DNA of 43,353 nucleotides from a virus (IMGVR_UViG_3300042109_000041:1-43353), one strand, 5' to 3'. Shown: positions 16,708 to 24,407, counted from the stretch's first letter. Numbers and translations: made by a program. The notes: generated by a model not told the origin, from the sequence alone.

Positions 16708-16839
16708 TGGATGGATCTCAGAAAGGAAAGGAGCAAGCTCTCGCCTGCTGACAGGAACAATAGGGATTGGTAGGGCTAAGGCTAGGCTGCTATTGTAAAG
16801 CTTTACAGACTGTCCCACTGGTAGCTAGGCAGCTGTGAG

Positions 16840-16930
16840 AGGCCTCTCTGAGGGCCTACAAGGTGCCTCTACGCAGTCTTGAGGGTGAAGGTACCAGAGA
16901 GGTCTTAAAGGGCTCTCAGATGTGGCCTTG
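16840..16930. repeat. Phased ~11-bp degenerate repeat element, copy 1
   Basis: ggcctctctga|gggcctacaag|gtgcctctacg|cagtcttgagg followed by gtgaaggtaccagagaggtcttaaagggctctcaga; similar to 18556-18660. Confidence 0.5.
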
Positions 16931-17156
16931 AGCGCGTGTGTATATGCGTGTAGGCGCATAACCGCATAACTCTTTAAGACCTCACAAAACCACACCGTCA
17001 CACCATCTCAACACCGTTATATCGCTATGCAATGGCCTCCCGATAGCCATTCGGCGGCCTCTAAAGGCCCCACAGGGGGGTCAGGCGGCGGGGCAGAGCG
17101 TTAACTAGGGCTCGAAAATTCGAAGCAAAACCCTTTAAGACCCTTAAAAAAAAAAA

Positions 17157-17227
17157 TAAGTGGACTGGGATTTGCACCCAGACTGAGTTCCAGTTGTCCT
17201 GGCTGCCTCTACTTGGGCTACCCACTT
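17157..17227 (-). ncRNA. tRNA-like element with a non-canonical anticodon arm
   Basis: AAGTGGG TA GCCC AAGTAG AGGC A GCCAGGACAACTGGAAC TCAGT CTGGG TGCAAAT CCCAG TCCACTT A: 7-bp acceptor stem, U8A9, D arm, perfect 5-bp T stem with 7-nt loop; followed by T11. Confidence 0.65.
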
Positions 17228-17325
17228 AGGGGAAACGTTATCGGACGCTTCCTGAACCGAGCTCAAAAGAACCAAAGAAACTATACACCCCCTGAGACCC
17301 CTCTAGAAGCCTCTCTAACACCCCT

Positions 17326-17559
17326 CTACTTGTTTCTAGACCTATTGGTACTCGGATGTTGAATACGAAGGTTAGAGCGGCTGTTATTACGAGGGTTACC
17401 GTCTTTGTGATCTACGTCTTTACCTTTCAAGCTGTAACCAGCGTTAGCCAATTTACGACGAGCTTTATTACGGCTAGATCGATTAGCTCTTTGTTCTGGT
17501 TTTGAGTGGTAATTGTCGTATTCCTTACGGTAGTTTCTTTGTGCCACTGCTAGATCCAA
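17326..17559 (-). CDS. Small HNH endonuclease-like protein
   Basis: RNY.KEY...R..RNKARR...GKDVDHKDGNPRNN..SNLR......NRS. Confidence 0.85.
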   Translation of the reverse strand: MDLAVAQRNYRKEYDNYHSKPEQRANRSSRNKARRKLANAGYSLKGKDVDHKDGNPRNNSRSNLRIQHPSTNRSRNK

Positions 17560-18191
17560 TCAAGAGCTTTACCAATAGTAGGAAACTCTTTAACAAAGAT
17601 TTCTTTAGCTTGTTGGGCTATTTGTCTGTGTTCTAGTTGAGTACCAACTTCAGATCGTAAATCGATGTAGTGAATCCAGCTACGAAGAGAACCAGCCATG
17701 TAGAGACGAGTTGGAGTAGCTAGGGGTAGGACTTCTCTGGCACACTCTTTAGCTACACCAGCAGAGACCATCTCTCGGTATAGGTCTTGAGCCTCTTCAA
17801 AGTGTTGAGCTATCCGTCTGTAGAAGATCTGAGTTTTATCGGTAGTTAGATCATCAATACTGTTCTGTCTGTTAGTAAAGTCTTGTCGTCTGAGGTGAGG
17901 CAGTTGAATACTGCTTGTGAGCTCTTTGATATCTGCGTATCGCTGAGAAAACTCTTGAAACGTAAAGCTTCTATGTCGGAGTATTTGTGCTGCTATTGCT
18001 CTGGTGGTATTGATCTCCAGGACTAGATGACACATCTCAAAGGGAGACCAATGCTTGTGATTGATTAGGTATTTAATCAACCGTTCAGAAGTCTCTGTAT
18101 TGCTTTGATTATTTGGGTTACTAACCCTAGCCATATAAGCAACTAATTCTTCTGCTTTAGGAGTAACCGTTACTAATGCAACTGTACTCAT
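17550..18191 (-). CDS. thyX: FAD-dependent thymidylate synthase
   Basis: HWSPFE, RHRSFTFQEFSQRY, GVAKECAR.VLP, LRSWIHY..LR, TQ.EHR. Confidence 0.97.
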   Translation of the reverse strand: MSTVALVTVTPKAEELVAYMARVSNPNNQSNTETSERLIKYLINHKHWSPFEMCHLVLEINTTRAIAAQILRHRSFTFQEFSQRYADIKELTSSIQLPHLRRQDFTNRQNSIDDLTTDKTQIFYRRIAQHFEEAQDLYREMVSAGVAKECAREVLPLATPTRLYMAGSLRSWIHYIDLRSEVGTQLEHRQIAQQAKEIFVKEFPTIGKALDWI

Positions 18192-18194
18192 TGG

Positions 18195-18390
18195 TCTTAA
18201 GGGGTTTTAAGAGGCACCTTAAGGTAGCACTTAAAGGGTCCTTAAGGAGACAGCAGAAGAAACTTTTAATACCTGTATAAAACCCTTTAAAACCAATAAC
18301 AAAAAGTTATTACTAAAACAACAATAAAAAACCTCTTTAAAAAAGACTCTTTAAGAGCCTCTTTAAATACCTTTAAATACACTCTAAACA
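18195..18390. repeat. AT-rich region with CTCTTTAA/CTTAAG repeat units
   Basis: CTCTTTAA x3 plus CCTTTAA and ACTCTAA at 10-15 bp spacing (18331-18388); many CTTAAG/TTTTAA units. Confidence 0.7.
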
Positions 18391-18555
18391 CGGCTGTCAA
18401 GAGCGTATCTCCTTAAGGGGTCAGTTTTAGAGGTGTCCTTTAGGTGTAGGTCTTTGAGCGGTAGCGGAGCGAGGGCCATCAAGATACACAGGAGGGGCCT
18501 TAACGCTGTCAGGGCTAAGGGTTAAACGACAGGTATAAACTTTCTGTAAATCAGA

Positions 18556-18660
18556 AACCCTCTAAAAGGCTTCTAGAAGCCCCTGTAAGGCCCCTCTAGC
18601 CTGTTTTAGGTGTCAGGGTAGCCAAAGGGGTTTTAAAAGGCTTCTAGAGGCTCCTAGAGC
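18556..18660. repeat. Phased 11-bp degenerate repeat element, copy 2
   Basis: ccctctaaaag|gcttctagaag|cccctgtaagg|cccctctagcc directly downstream of terL. Confidence 0.6.
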
Positions 18661-20411
18661 TCATCTAACCAGTTAGAGCTACCTACGGTTGCTGTAAGGG
18701 CTTTTTGAAGGTCTTCAAAGCTTGAGGCGTAACCAAGAGCATCGATGTGTAAACCACCGTCACCTTGGATGAACTTTCTTTCTAGTTCCCACTGTTCAGC
18801 AGCTCTAGCGTCAATGGCTTTCTGTTCAGTGACAGCCATAGACTCCGTAAAATACTGAACGGCCATAGCTAAAGCATCTAACCTGTCGTCATGCCTAAGA
18901 CTGTTTTTCTCTTTGGTAATGCGAGTGAGCTGAAAGAAGAGTTGATATTGACTACGAGTTTCGCTTGGGTAGCTTTCCGTAGAGGCGAGGTCTTGAAGGA
19001 CTACGTTCGTGTCGACCATGAGCCGGTGTTGGTTAAGGACAGGCTCAAGGGTGTCGATGATGCGGAGTTCCTTTTGCTTTGTATGTCGGACCTCTTCAAC
19101 GCTGCAGGGGTAGATCGTGCCGAGGTAACGCTTGAGAAGTTCCGAGAACATCCCGAGGCCGAGGTTGCTTTCGACAATTATTTGCTTGACCTTGTACTCC
19201 TTAGCGATAAGAGCCAGCTTTTTAAGGTTCGGTTCGCTGTAGCCACCCCGAAGGCCACCGCTAGCGAGAAGGAACAAGTTTCCGTTCAAATACGCGACTA
19301 CCGAATAGCCAAGCTCATCACTGCCGCGTCCGGAGGGGTCAACAGCCATTACAACCCCGGTGTACTCAAGAAATTCATCCCCTATCTGGGCCGGTTTATA
19401 GAAAAGATCACCATGAAGACCGACTGAAGGCAGGTCTAGTGCTTTATCGCCGTTAGCCAGCCACACGACTTTGTTAGGACCTTGTTCGCGGTTAAGGCGG
19501 AACACACAGAGGTCTCTGAGTTTGAGAGGAAACTTCTCCTCATCACTCAGACTGATATCCAGAAGGAACTGAAGGTTGAACGTGCTACGACCGATGGAGA
19601 GCTGTCGAGCTTCTAGTTCTGCCCAATCAAAACGTTTGGGATCTACAGGGTGTCCAGCGAGGTCTTTATCGGCTTCTAGATCGGCTTTGATTTTGGGTGC
19701 TAGACGGTTGCCGTAGTAGGTCTGGAACTTCTTGTTAGTGGGGTACAGAGCAGGCCAGATCCTGACCTCGTAACCAGAGATTTCAAGCTTTGCGTAAACG
19801 CTGTCTTGGGTGTGAGGAGTTCCAAGAAACACGATCTCACCACCAGGCTTAATCACCGAGTCAAACTCTTTGATTGATTCCCGAAGCTTGTCTCGGATTA
19901 GCTGGGTTTCACAGGACTGGGGTGTCTCAACGTCGTCAGCCACAATGAGGTCAGCACGAGAGCCAGTGATTTGCCCAAAGATTCCACTGGATCGTACTGA
20001 GGGCGACTGATCAGGTTTGGCTCCGTAAACGTCAAAAGCAACCTTGGAGAACCGTTGAGTGTCGCTAGGAAAGAGGTCTTTAACCATGAACCAGTTCCTA
20101 AGGAGGTCATGGCAAAAGACGGAGAACGCATCTGCACGGTCTTGAGCTGCAGAGATCACCAACACCTTACAGTTTGGATCCCTACGCAACCTCCACAGCA
20201 CATAACCAGCCGTCAGGAACGACTTACCACAACCTCGGTAAGCCATGATGATGCGACGGTTAGGACCGTTCTGTAGGTAATCAGCAACTTGGTACTGAAC
20301 AGGAGTGGGGCTAGGAAGCCTTAGGTAGTCCCAAAGGTAAGTAGCAAAGACAGGAAAACTAGCTGCAGCTTCCTTAATAATCTGTTCAGTTTGTTTGTTG
20401 GCTCTTGGCAT
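18654..20411 (-). CDS. terL: Terminase large subunit (T7 gp19-like)
   Basis: AYRGCGKS, GQITGSRADLIVADDVE, LGTP, DPSGRGSDE, HDDRLDALA. Confidence 0.97.
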   Translation of the reverse strand: MPRANKQTEQIIKEAAASFPVFATYLWDYLRLPSPTPVQYQVADYLQNGPNRRIIMAYRGCGKSFLTAGYVLWRLRRDPNCKVLVISAAQDRADAFSVFCHDLLRNWFMVKDLFPSDTQRFSKVAFDVYGAKPDQSPSVRSSGIFGQITGSRADLIVADDVETPQSCETQLIRDKLRESIKEFDSVIKPGGEIVFLGTPHTQDSVYAKLEISGYEVRIWPALYPTNKKFQTYYGNRLAPKIKADLEADKDLAGHPVDPKRFDWAELEARQLSIGRSTFNLQFLLDISLSDEEKFPLKLRDLCVFRLNREQGPNKVVWLANGDKALDLPSVGLHGDLFYKPAQIGDEFLEYTGVVMAVDPSGRGSDELGYSVVAYLNGNLFLLASGGLRGGYSEPNLKKLALIAKEYKVKQIIVESNLGLGMFSELLKRYLGTIYPCSVEEVRHTKQKELRIIDTLEPVLNQHRLMVDTNVVLQDLASTESYPSETRSQYQLFFQLTRITKEKNSLRHDDRLDALAMAVQYFTESMAVTEQKAIDARAAEQWELERKFIQGDGGLHIDALGYASSFEDLQKALTATVGSSNWLDEL

Positions 20412-20595
20412 TACTGGCCCACTTGAACACTTGGCTCAAGTTATTCTGCAGCACTACGTTCATCTTCATGAACTCAAAGAGCATCTTTTCCAAATCGTCT
20501 CTAGAGGCGTTGGGGATGTCCCGTCTAACCCGCTCTAGGCGTAGCTGTTGCTCTATGGATAAATCGAAACTGGGCATAGGTGGTAGTTCATCCAT
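20386..20595 (-). CDS. nblA: NblA-like phycobilisome degradation adaptor
   Basis: LSIEQQLRLERVRRDIPNASRDDLEKMLFEFMKMNVVLQNNLSQVFKW aligns without gaps to the NblA pattern LSLEQQF...MS.DQ...L..L..Q.VV........K; 69 aa helix-loop-helix. Confidence 0.8.
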   Translation of the reverse strand: MDELPPMPSFDLSIEQQLRLERVRRDIPNASRDDLEKMLFEFMKMNVVLQNNLSQVFKWASNAKSQQTN

Positions 20596-20927
20596 TGATC
20601 AATAACCCGTTCACGCTCCTCACAATAGTCAGGGCGCTGTTGAAACCACATTTTCCAATGATTGCTTCCCTTTTCGTGGTTACAACGCTGACAAGCCGGG
20701 ACAATGTTGGTGGCTAAATCTTCACCACCTTTGGTTTTGGGATGAACGTGATCAAGAGTTAACTGTTCGCTTTTGACACCGCAGTAGGCACATTTACAAC
20801 CAAAAGCTTCTTTAATTGATTGTCTCCACTGTTTGACTGCTTCACGACGTTGAAGGGCCTGTAGGTTCGCCATAGCCGCCTCTGGTGTCAAATAGACAAA
20901 GCCCCCGGACGGCGATTGAATCACCAT
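20553..20927 (-). CDS. HNH endonuclease
   Basis: CAYCG...LTLDHVHPK.KGG....N.VPAC.RCN..KG; start uncertain. Confidence 0.92.
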   Translation of the reverse strand: MVIQSPSGGFVYLTPEAAMANLQALQRREAVKQWRQSIKEAFGCKCAYCGVKSEQLTLDHVHPKTKGGEDLATNIVPACQRCNHEKGSNHWKMWFQQRPDYCEERERVIDQWMNYHLCPVSIYP

Positions 20928-20967
20928 TCCAGGGGCTCTGCTTGGTACATATAGGAAGGTTTAGTTC

Positions 20968-21240
20968 CTAAGCACTAATATAAGACCTAACTTTCTTCAG
21001 ATCGACCTCTGGAAGCGATGAGATCATCTCGGAGATAGCCGAAACATCACCACCGTTAAGAGCGGTAATACCTTGGTCTTTCAGGAACTTAATAGCATTA
21101 GCAAGGTCAGATGCTTTTACATCATCACGATTCAGTTGATCAATCAGTTTGGTAGCCACCAGACGGTGAAGACTAAACAGATCGTCTTCTGAAGCAAGTC
21201 CATCAGTCTTATTTAGAGCCTTTTTTGGTGCGGCTGCCAT
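20968..21240 (-). CDS. terS: Terminase small subunit (T7 gp18-like)
   Basis: ASED....LH.LV...ASDL..AIKFLKD.GIT...LP; upstream of terL. Confidence 0.85.
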   Translation of the reverse strand: MAAAPKKALNKTDGLASEDDLFSLHRLVATKLIDQLNRDDVKASDLANAIKFLKDQGITALNGGDVSAISEMISSLPEVDLKKVRSYISA

Positions 21241-21373
21241 AAACAACTCGGAACAGTTTCAACCCCAATTGTACGAGGCTGTTTTCTCTTAGTTTAGAAA
21301 CACCAATGATTTCAGAAGCTGCAAACAACGCAAGCCAAAGAGCAGCTTGAACTTGAGGATCCGAAAGGTCCAT
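21209..21373 (-). CDS. Small membrane protein, holin candidate (54 aa)
   Basis: Manual: MDLSDPQVQAALWLALFAASEIIGVSKLRENSLVQLGLKLFRVVYGSRTKKGSK; hydrophobic with a basic tail; sits between the lysin and terS. Confidence 0.65.
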   Translation of the reverse strand: MDLSDPQVQAALWLALFAASEIIGVSKLRENSLVQLGLKLFRVVYGSRTKKGSK

Positions 21374-21381
21374 AGAAATAC

Positions 21382-22485
21382 CTAGCTAGGGTTCTTGATC
21401 AAAATAGCCCAACCGGAAGCAGGCCCTTCAACAAGCCATCTTTTGTTCCAATTCTTTTGGCTATAAGCAACTCCTTCACCTTTTGAGTGGTTTACATAAC
21501 CTCCTCGGACCATATCAGCCTCTCCGTTGGGATCGTGGTGAATCCAAGCCCCTTCGGTGTACCCAATCACCACAGAATAGTGCCCAGAGCCACTAGGAGC
21601 CCCTACAGGGCCCTTGTGAAGCCAACCGGCTACTACAGGCCTGCCAGCGTCTAACTCGCGTTGTAGAGCCTCTGGGGTGCCATTCTTGATGAATTTGGCG
21701 TCTAGTCCAAGGTATTTAAGAGTTTTAAGTTGAGCGTCTACAGAAGTTGAATCACCATACCGCTGACGAATCTTGTTGTATTCATCGTCCGTTTTAACCT
21801 TGCCGTAATAGTCAGCCACCATGGCACAACTAGAACTAAAACACTCCCGGTAACCAGTACCTGATTTGTTGTCTAATTGGTACTCGTAAGGGACTTTTAA
21901 AAGTACTCCAGCTTGTTGAAGTTGTGGTTTGTTTGTTTGACGGTTAAGAATTGAAATCAATTTATTGGCATACCTAGGATCAGTTGCATACCCTTGTGAT
22001 TGCAGGTTTTGCGCTGCTTCTGACGTTGTTTTAGCGTTATTTACTCCTTTGTATTGTTTGTAATCTTTGTACCACCGAGTAACGAGGTATTCAACGCACT
22101 CTTTAAGAGAAGAGAAATTAAGAAAGCCGTCACGAACAGAAACAGGTACCCCATTGACATACTCCGTTGTTGAAGTGGTTGTACCTTTACCTTTTAAACC
22201 AAAATAGTTATGTGTGCCCGATGTATGTTGTCCCCAGTTACTCTCCAAGGCCCACTGAGCAGCTACTAGTTCTGGATACTTTGCTCCAGCTTCACGAGCA
22301 AGCTGTTCTACACCTTCCCACGAGCCGTTACTTGGGATTGTGTTCTTTGGTCCAGATCTCCACAAATCAGAAAACTTTGCCAAGGTCCCTGGAGGAAGTT
22401 GATCCTGCAGGAAATCCAAAGCAAAGTTTTGATGTTCTTGATTGTTGTAATACTTAGCTACGTCACGAAGAGAGATGTCGGCCAT
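21382..22485 (-). CDS. Endolysin: GH73 glucosaminidase/FlgJ-like domain plus C39-like cysteine peptidase domain
   Basis: AQWALES.WG..HNYFGLKG...GYATDP.YA.KL, then VPY.YQ.DN...ECFSSSCAM...GHYSVVIGY...HDP.G. Confidence 0.9.
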   Translation of the reverse strand: MADISLRDVAKYYNNQEHQNFALDFLQDQLPPGTLAKFSDLWRSGPKNTIPSNGSWEGVEQLAREAGAKYPELVAAQWALESNWGQHTSGTHNYFGLKGKGTTTSTTEYVNGVPVSVRDGFLNFSSLKECVEYLVTRWYKDYKQYKGVNNAKTTSEAAQNLQSQGYATDPRYANKLISILNRQTNKPQLQQAGVLLKVPYEYQLDNKSGTGYRECFSSSCAMVADYYGKVKTDDEYNKIRQRYGDSTSVDAQLKTLKYLGLDAKFIKNGTPEALQRELDAGRPVVAGWLHKGPVGAPSGSGHYSVVIGYTEGAWIHHDPNGEADMVRGGYVNHSKGEGVAYSQKNWNKRWLVEGPASGWAILIKNPS

Positions 22486-22711
22486 TGAGCAAGATACGGT
22501 CGAGTTTTTCGTCGATGTGTTGGATCTGTTTATCGATCCGGTCCATCATCGGCATTAGCTCGTCCTTTCTAACAAACTCTTTGTGAATCGTCATCTCAAC
22601 AGTGTCGATGCGGCGATCAAGCTCCATCTGCCTTTTGTGAGACCAAGCAAATACACCACCACCGACACTGGCAGCGCCTAGGACAAGGGAGAGAAGGAAT
22701 GAGGGATCCAT
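22463..22711 (-). CDS. N-terminal TM plus coiled-coil protein (lysis-associated candidate)
   Basis: Hydrophobic residues ~5-23, then heptad pattern ending I..IDEKLDR; upstream of the lysin. Confidence 0.7.
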   Translation of the reverse strand: MDPSFLLSLVLGAASVGGGVFAWSHKRQMELDRRIDTVEMTIHKEFVRKDELMPMMDRIDKQIQHIDEKLDRILLNGRHLSS

Positions 22712-22932
22712 TACACACCCTTCATACGTTGTTTGTACGCTTGACCCTTTCTGCGAATTTCCATCACATTAGGTACTGTGTTTACAAACCGTTCCCAAGT
22801 ACGTTTTGCATACTCCTCATCAGCAGGACTAGCTGAAGGGTCGTGCTCAGTAGGACGGATCTCAAAGCTTGGACCACCAGCAACTTTGACGGATCCTTTC
22901 TTCTTCATCCCATAGCCGCTTTTGCTTTTCAT
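22711..22932 (-). CDS. Small basic protein
   Basis: 73 aa, K-rich; coupled to both neighbours. Confidence 0.65.
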   Translation of the reverse strand: MKSKSGYGMKKKGSVKVAGGPSFEIRPTEHDPSASPADEEYAKRTWERFVNTVPNVMEIRRKGQAYKQRMKGV

Positions 22933-23021
22933 TTCTTAGGTACACAGTTAGGAACAGTCTTGGTACCTTTCTTCTTAGTACCAACCATTTCGTAGCCTTT
23001 CCAACAGGGTCCTTTAGCCAT
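22929..23021 (-). CDS. 30-aa basic peptide with PCWKGY...VPNCVP motif
   Basis: Manual: MAKGPCWKGYEMVGTKKKGTKTVPNCVPKK; GGGGAG SD upstream; ATGA-coupled. Confidence 0.8.
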   Translation of the reverse strand: MAKGPCWKGYEMVGTKKKGTKTVPNCVPKK

Positions 23022-23023
23022 GA

Positions 23024-23515
23024 TTACTCCCCTTTCATTTTGGTGTTGTACTTACGACCTCTCCAGCTAAACGTTTCAACGCCAGCTTTACGGGCCGCTG
23101 CAAAGGCGTCATCAAACGAGCTGTTCTCACGTCCCTTGTTACCTTGACGTGCTACACGCTCTTGACGACTAAACTCACCACCTTGAGTACGTTGAGCTTC
23201 AACTCGACGGGCCTCAGAGGCTGGTAGAGCACCACCAGCAGGACGAGCCCTCATGACCTCTGCAGCGACGGCTAGAGGGATCCCTAGACGCCCTACACCA
23301 CGGCTCATGCCTTGAGCTTGCATAGCAGGTGCCCTAGAGGCTCCTGTACGGGTCACAGTGCCAGGTGCAGTGGCTTTAGGTAGCCGAGCAGTTTGCATGG
23401 GCCGCTCACGACCACTAGGGGTGCGTAGACCACGACCACGCTGTGTAGCACCCTGACCTTCAGGAGCATACTTACCAGCGTTGCTACGGGTCTGTCCGCC
23501 GCGTTTGATAGGCAT
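23024..23515 (-). CDS. R/G/A-rich basic protein with C-terminal SFD.AF.AAR.AG..TF.W.G.KY.T motif
   Basis: 163 aa ORF. Confidence 0.8.
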   Translation of the reverse strand: MPIKRGGQTRSNAGKYAPEGQGATQRGRGLRTPSGRERPMQTARLPKATAPGTVTRTGASRAPAMQAQGMSRGVGRLGIPLAVAAEVMRARPAGGALPASEARRVEAQRTQGGEFSRQERVARQGNKGRENSSFDDAFAAARKAGVETFSWRGRKYNTKMKGE

Positions 23516-23520
23516 AGCAG

Positions 23521-23667
23521 TTACTTGGTTTTATAACCTTTTTTCATCTTGCCACCCTTTTGAATTTGTGGCTTACCTGCAGCTTTAGCTTCCTTAGACC
23601 ACCGTTTAGCAATCTCAGGATGTTGAGAATACATAAACCGCATTTGCTTTTCAGAACTAAACGGCAT
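23521..23667 (-). CDS. Small basic protein (48 aa)
   Basis: MPFSSEKQMRFMYSQHPEIAKRW...; start placed at ATG 23667. Confidence 0.8.
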   Translation of the reverse strand: MPFSSEKQMRFMYSQHPEIAKRWSKEAKAAGKPQIQKGGKMKKGYKTK

Positions 23668-23701
23668 AGCTAAAACAAAACGCTTTAAAAACGTTAACAA
23701 C

Positions 23702-23731
23702 AAAAACAGCCCAGGCTACTAACCCAGGCTG
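23702..23731 (-). terminator. Rho-independent terminator
   Basis: CAGCCTGGG-TTAGTAG-CCTGGGCTG-TTTTT. Confidence 0.65.
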
Positions 23732-23763
23732 CAAATAGAATTACAACTTTTTAACGTTTTTAT

Positions 23764-24090
23764 TCAGCTACCAGCGTTAAGGCGAGCAAACACAAATTCA
23801 ACAGATGGGGTACCACCAGTAATCGTTACCAAACGACCTCTGATGGCCCTAAGCGGTACGTTTTGAATGCTAAACGCTGTAGCTCCGTTACCAGTAATAG
23901 TGGTATCACCGCCAGAATCACAGTTAAAATAGTTAGTACCATCCAGAGTGCCTTCAATACGAACGACAACACTGGTACCAATACTGGATACGTTTACCTG
24001 AACAACAAAATCCTCTGCACCAACAGAAGGCACATCAGCAGTTGCACCAGTCGCAGTTAGCGCAGTGGCTGTTGTAAAAGTAGGGACCAT
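23764..24090 (-). CDS. Small beta-rich structural protein (possible head-spike base or decoration)
   Basis: 108 aa, T/V/G-rich alternating strands, IEGTLDG.N.F motif. Confidence 0.65.
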   Translation of the reverse strand: MVPTFTTATALTATGATADVPSVGAEDFVVQVNVSSIGTSVVVRIEGTLDGTNYFNCDSGGDTTITGNGATAFSIQNVPLRAIRGRLVTITGGTPSVEFVFARLNAGS

Positions 24091-24122
24091 TTCTTTAAAA
24101 ACCGTTTGTTTTAATTGTAGAC

Positions 24123-24407
24123 CTAAGCAAACACCCGCACAGGCTGTTCAGGAGTCACAGCAAACTGCTCCCACCCGTCAGGTAGCGCACCAATGTAGTT
24201 GACGTGCCAGCCGTCGAGGATGGTAGGGGGTGTGATCACATCAGAAGTCTGAGGATCCCATTCACCACCGCGAGAAATGATGCCAATGACATCAAGGGCG
24301 TGGTTATGGGAAGCGGTGATGTACTCGCCGTCTTCAGTAAGGAGACCAGCAGCTTGTAACGCGGCAGTGCCGGTTTCAGCATCGGGGAAGCGAATGAAGT
24401 GTGTCAT
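24123..24407 (-). CDS. Fibre-associated hypothetical protein
   Basis: MTHFIRFPD...HALDVIG...GWHVN...V.P..P.RVF; ATGA-coupled to the fibre gene. Confidence 0.8.
   Translation of the reverse strand: MTHFIRFPDAETGTAALQAAGLLTEDGEYITASHNHALDVIGIISRGGEWDPQTSDVITPPTILDGWHVNYIGALPDGWEQFAVTPEQPVRVFA

Noticed and set aside
16794-16807. Palindrome TGTAAAGCTTTACA as an NtcA site
   Set aside because: Spacing is GTA-N6-TAC, not N8. It may still be an operator over a TACAAT -10, but I cannot assign it.
16708-16818. N-terminal extensions in the ORF track (here; also SSB to 13177, MazG-like to 7209, nrdB to 5215, 24452, 23703)
   Set aside because: Downstream ATGs give better coupling to neighbours and better family-like N-termini; the extensions cover promoter-like or overlapping DNA.
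17157-17227. Canonical tRNA-Leu(CAA) call
   Set aside because: CAA falls at positions 34-36 by spacing, but the 27-43 stem does not pair and position 33 is not U. Kept only as tRNA-like.
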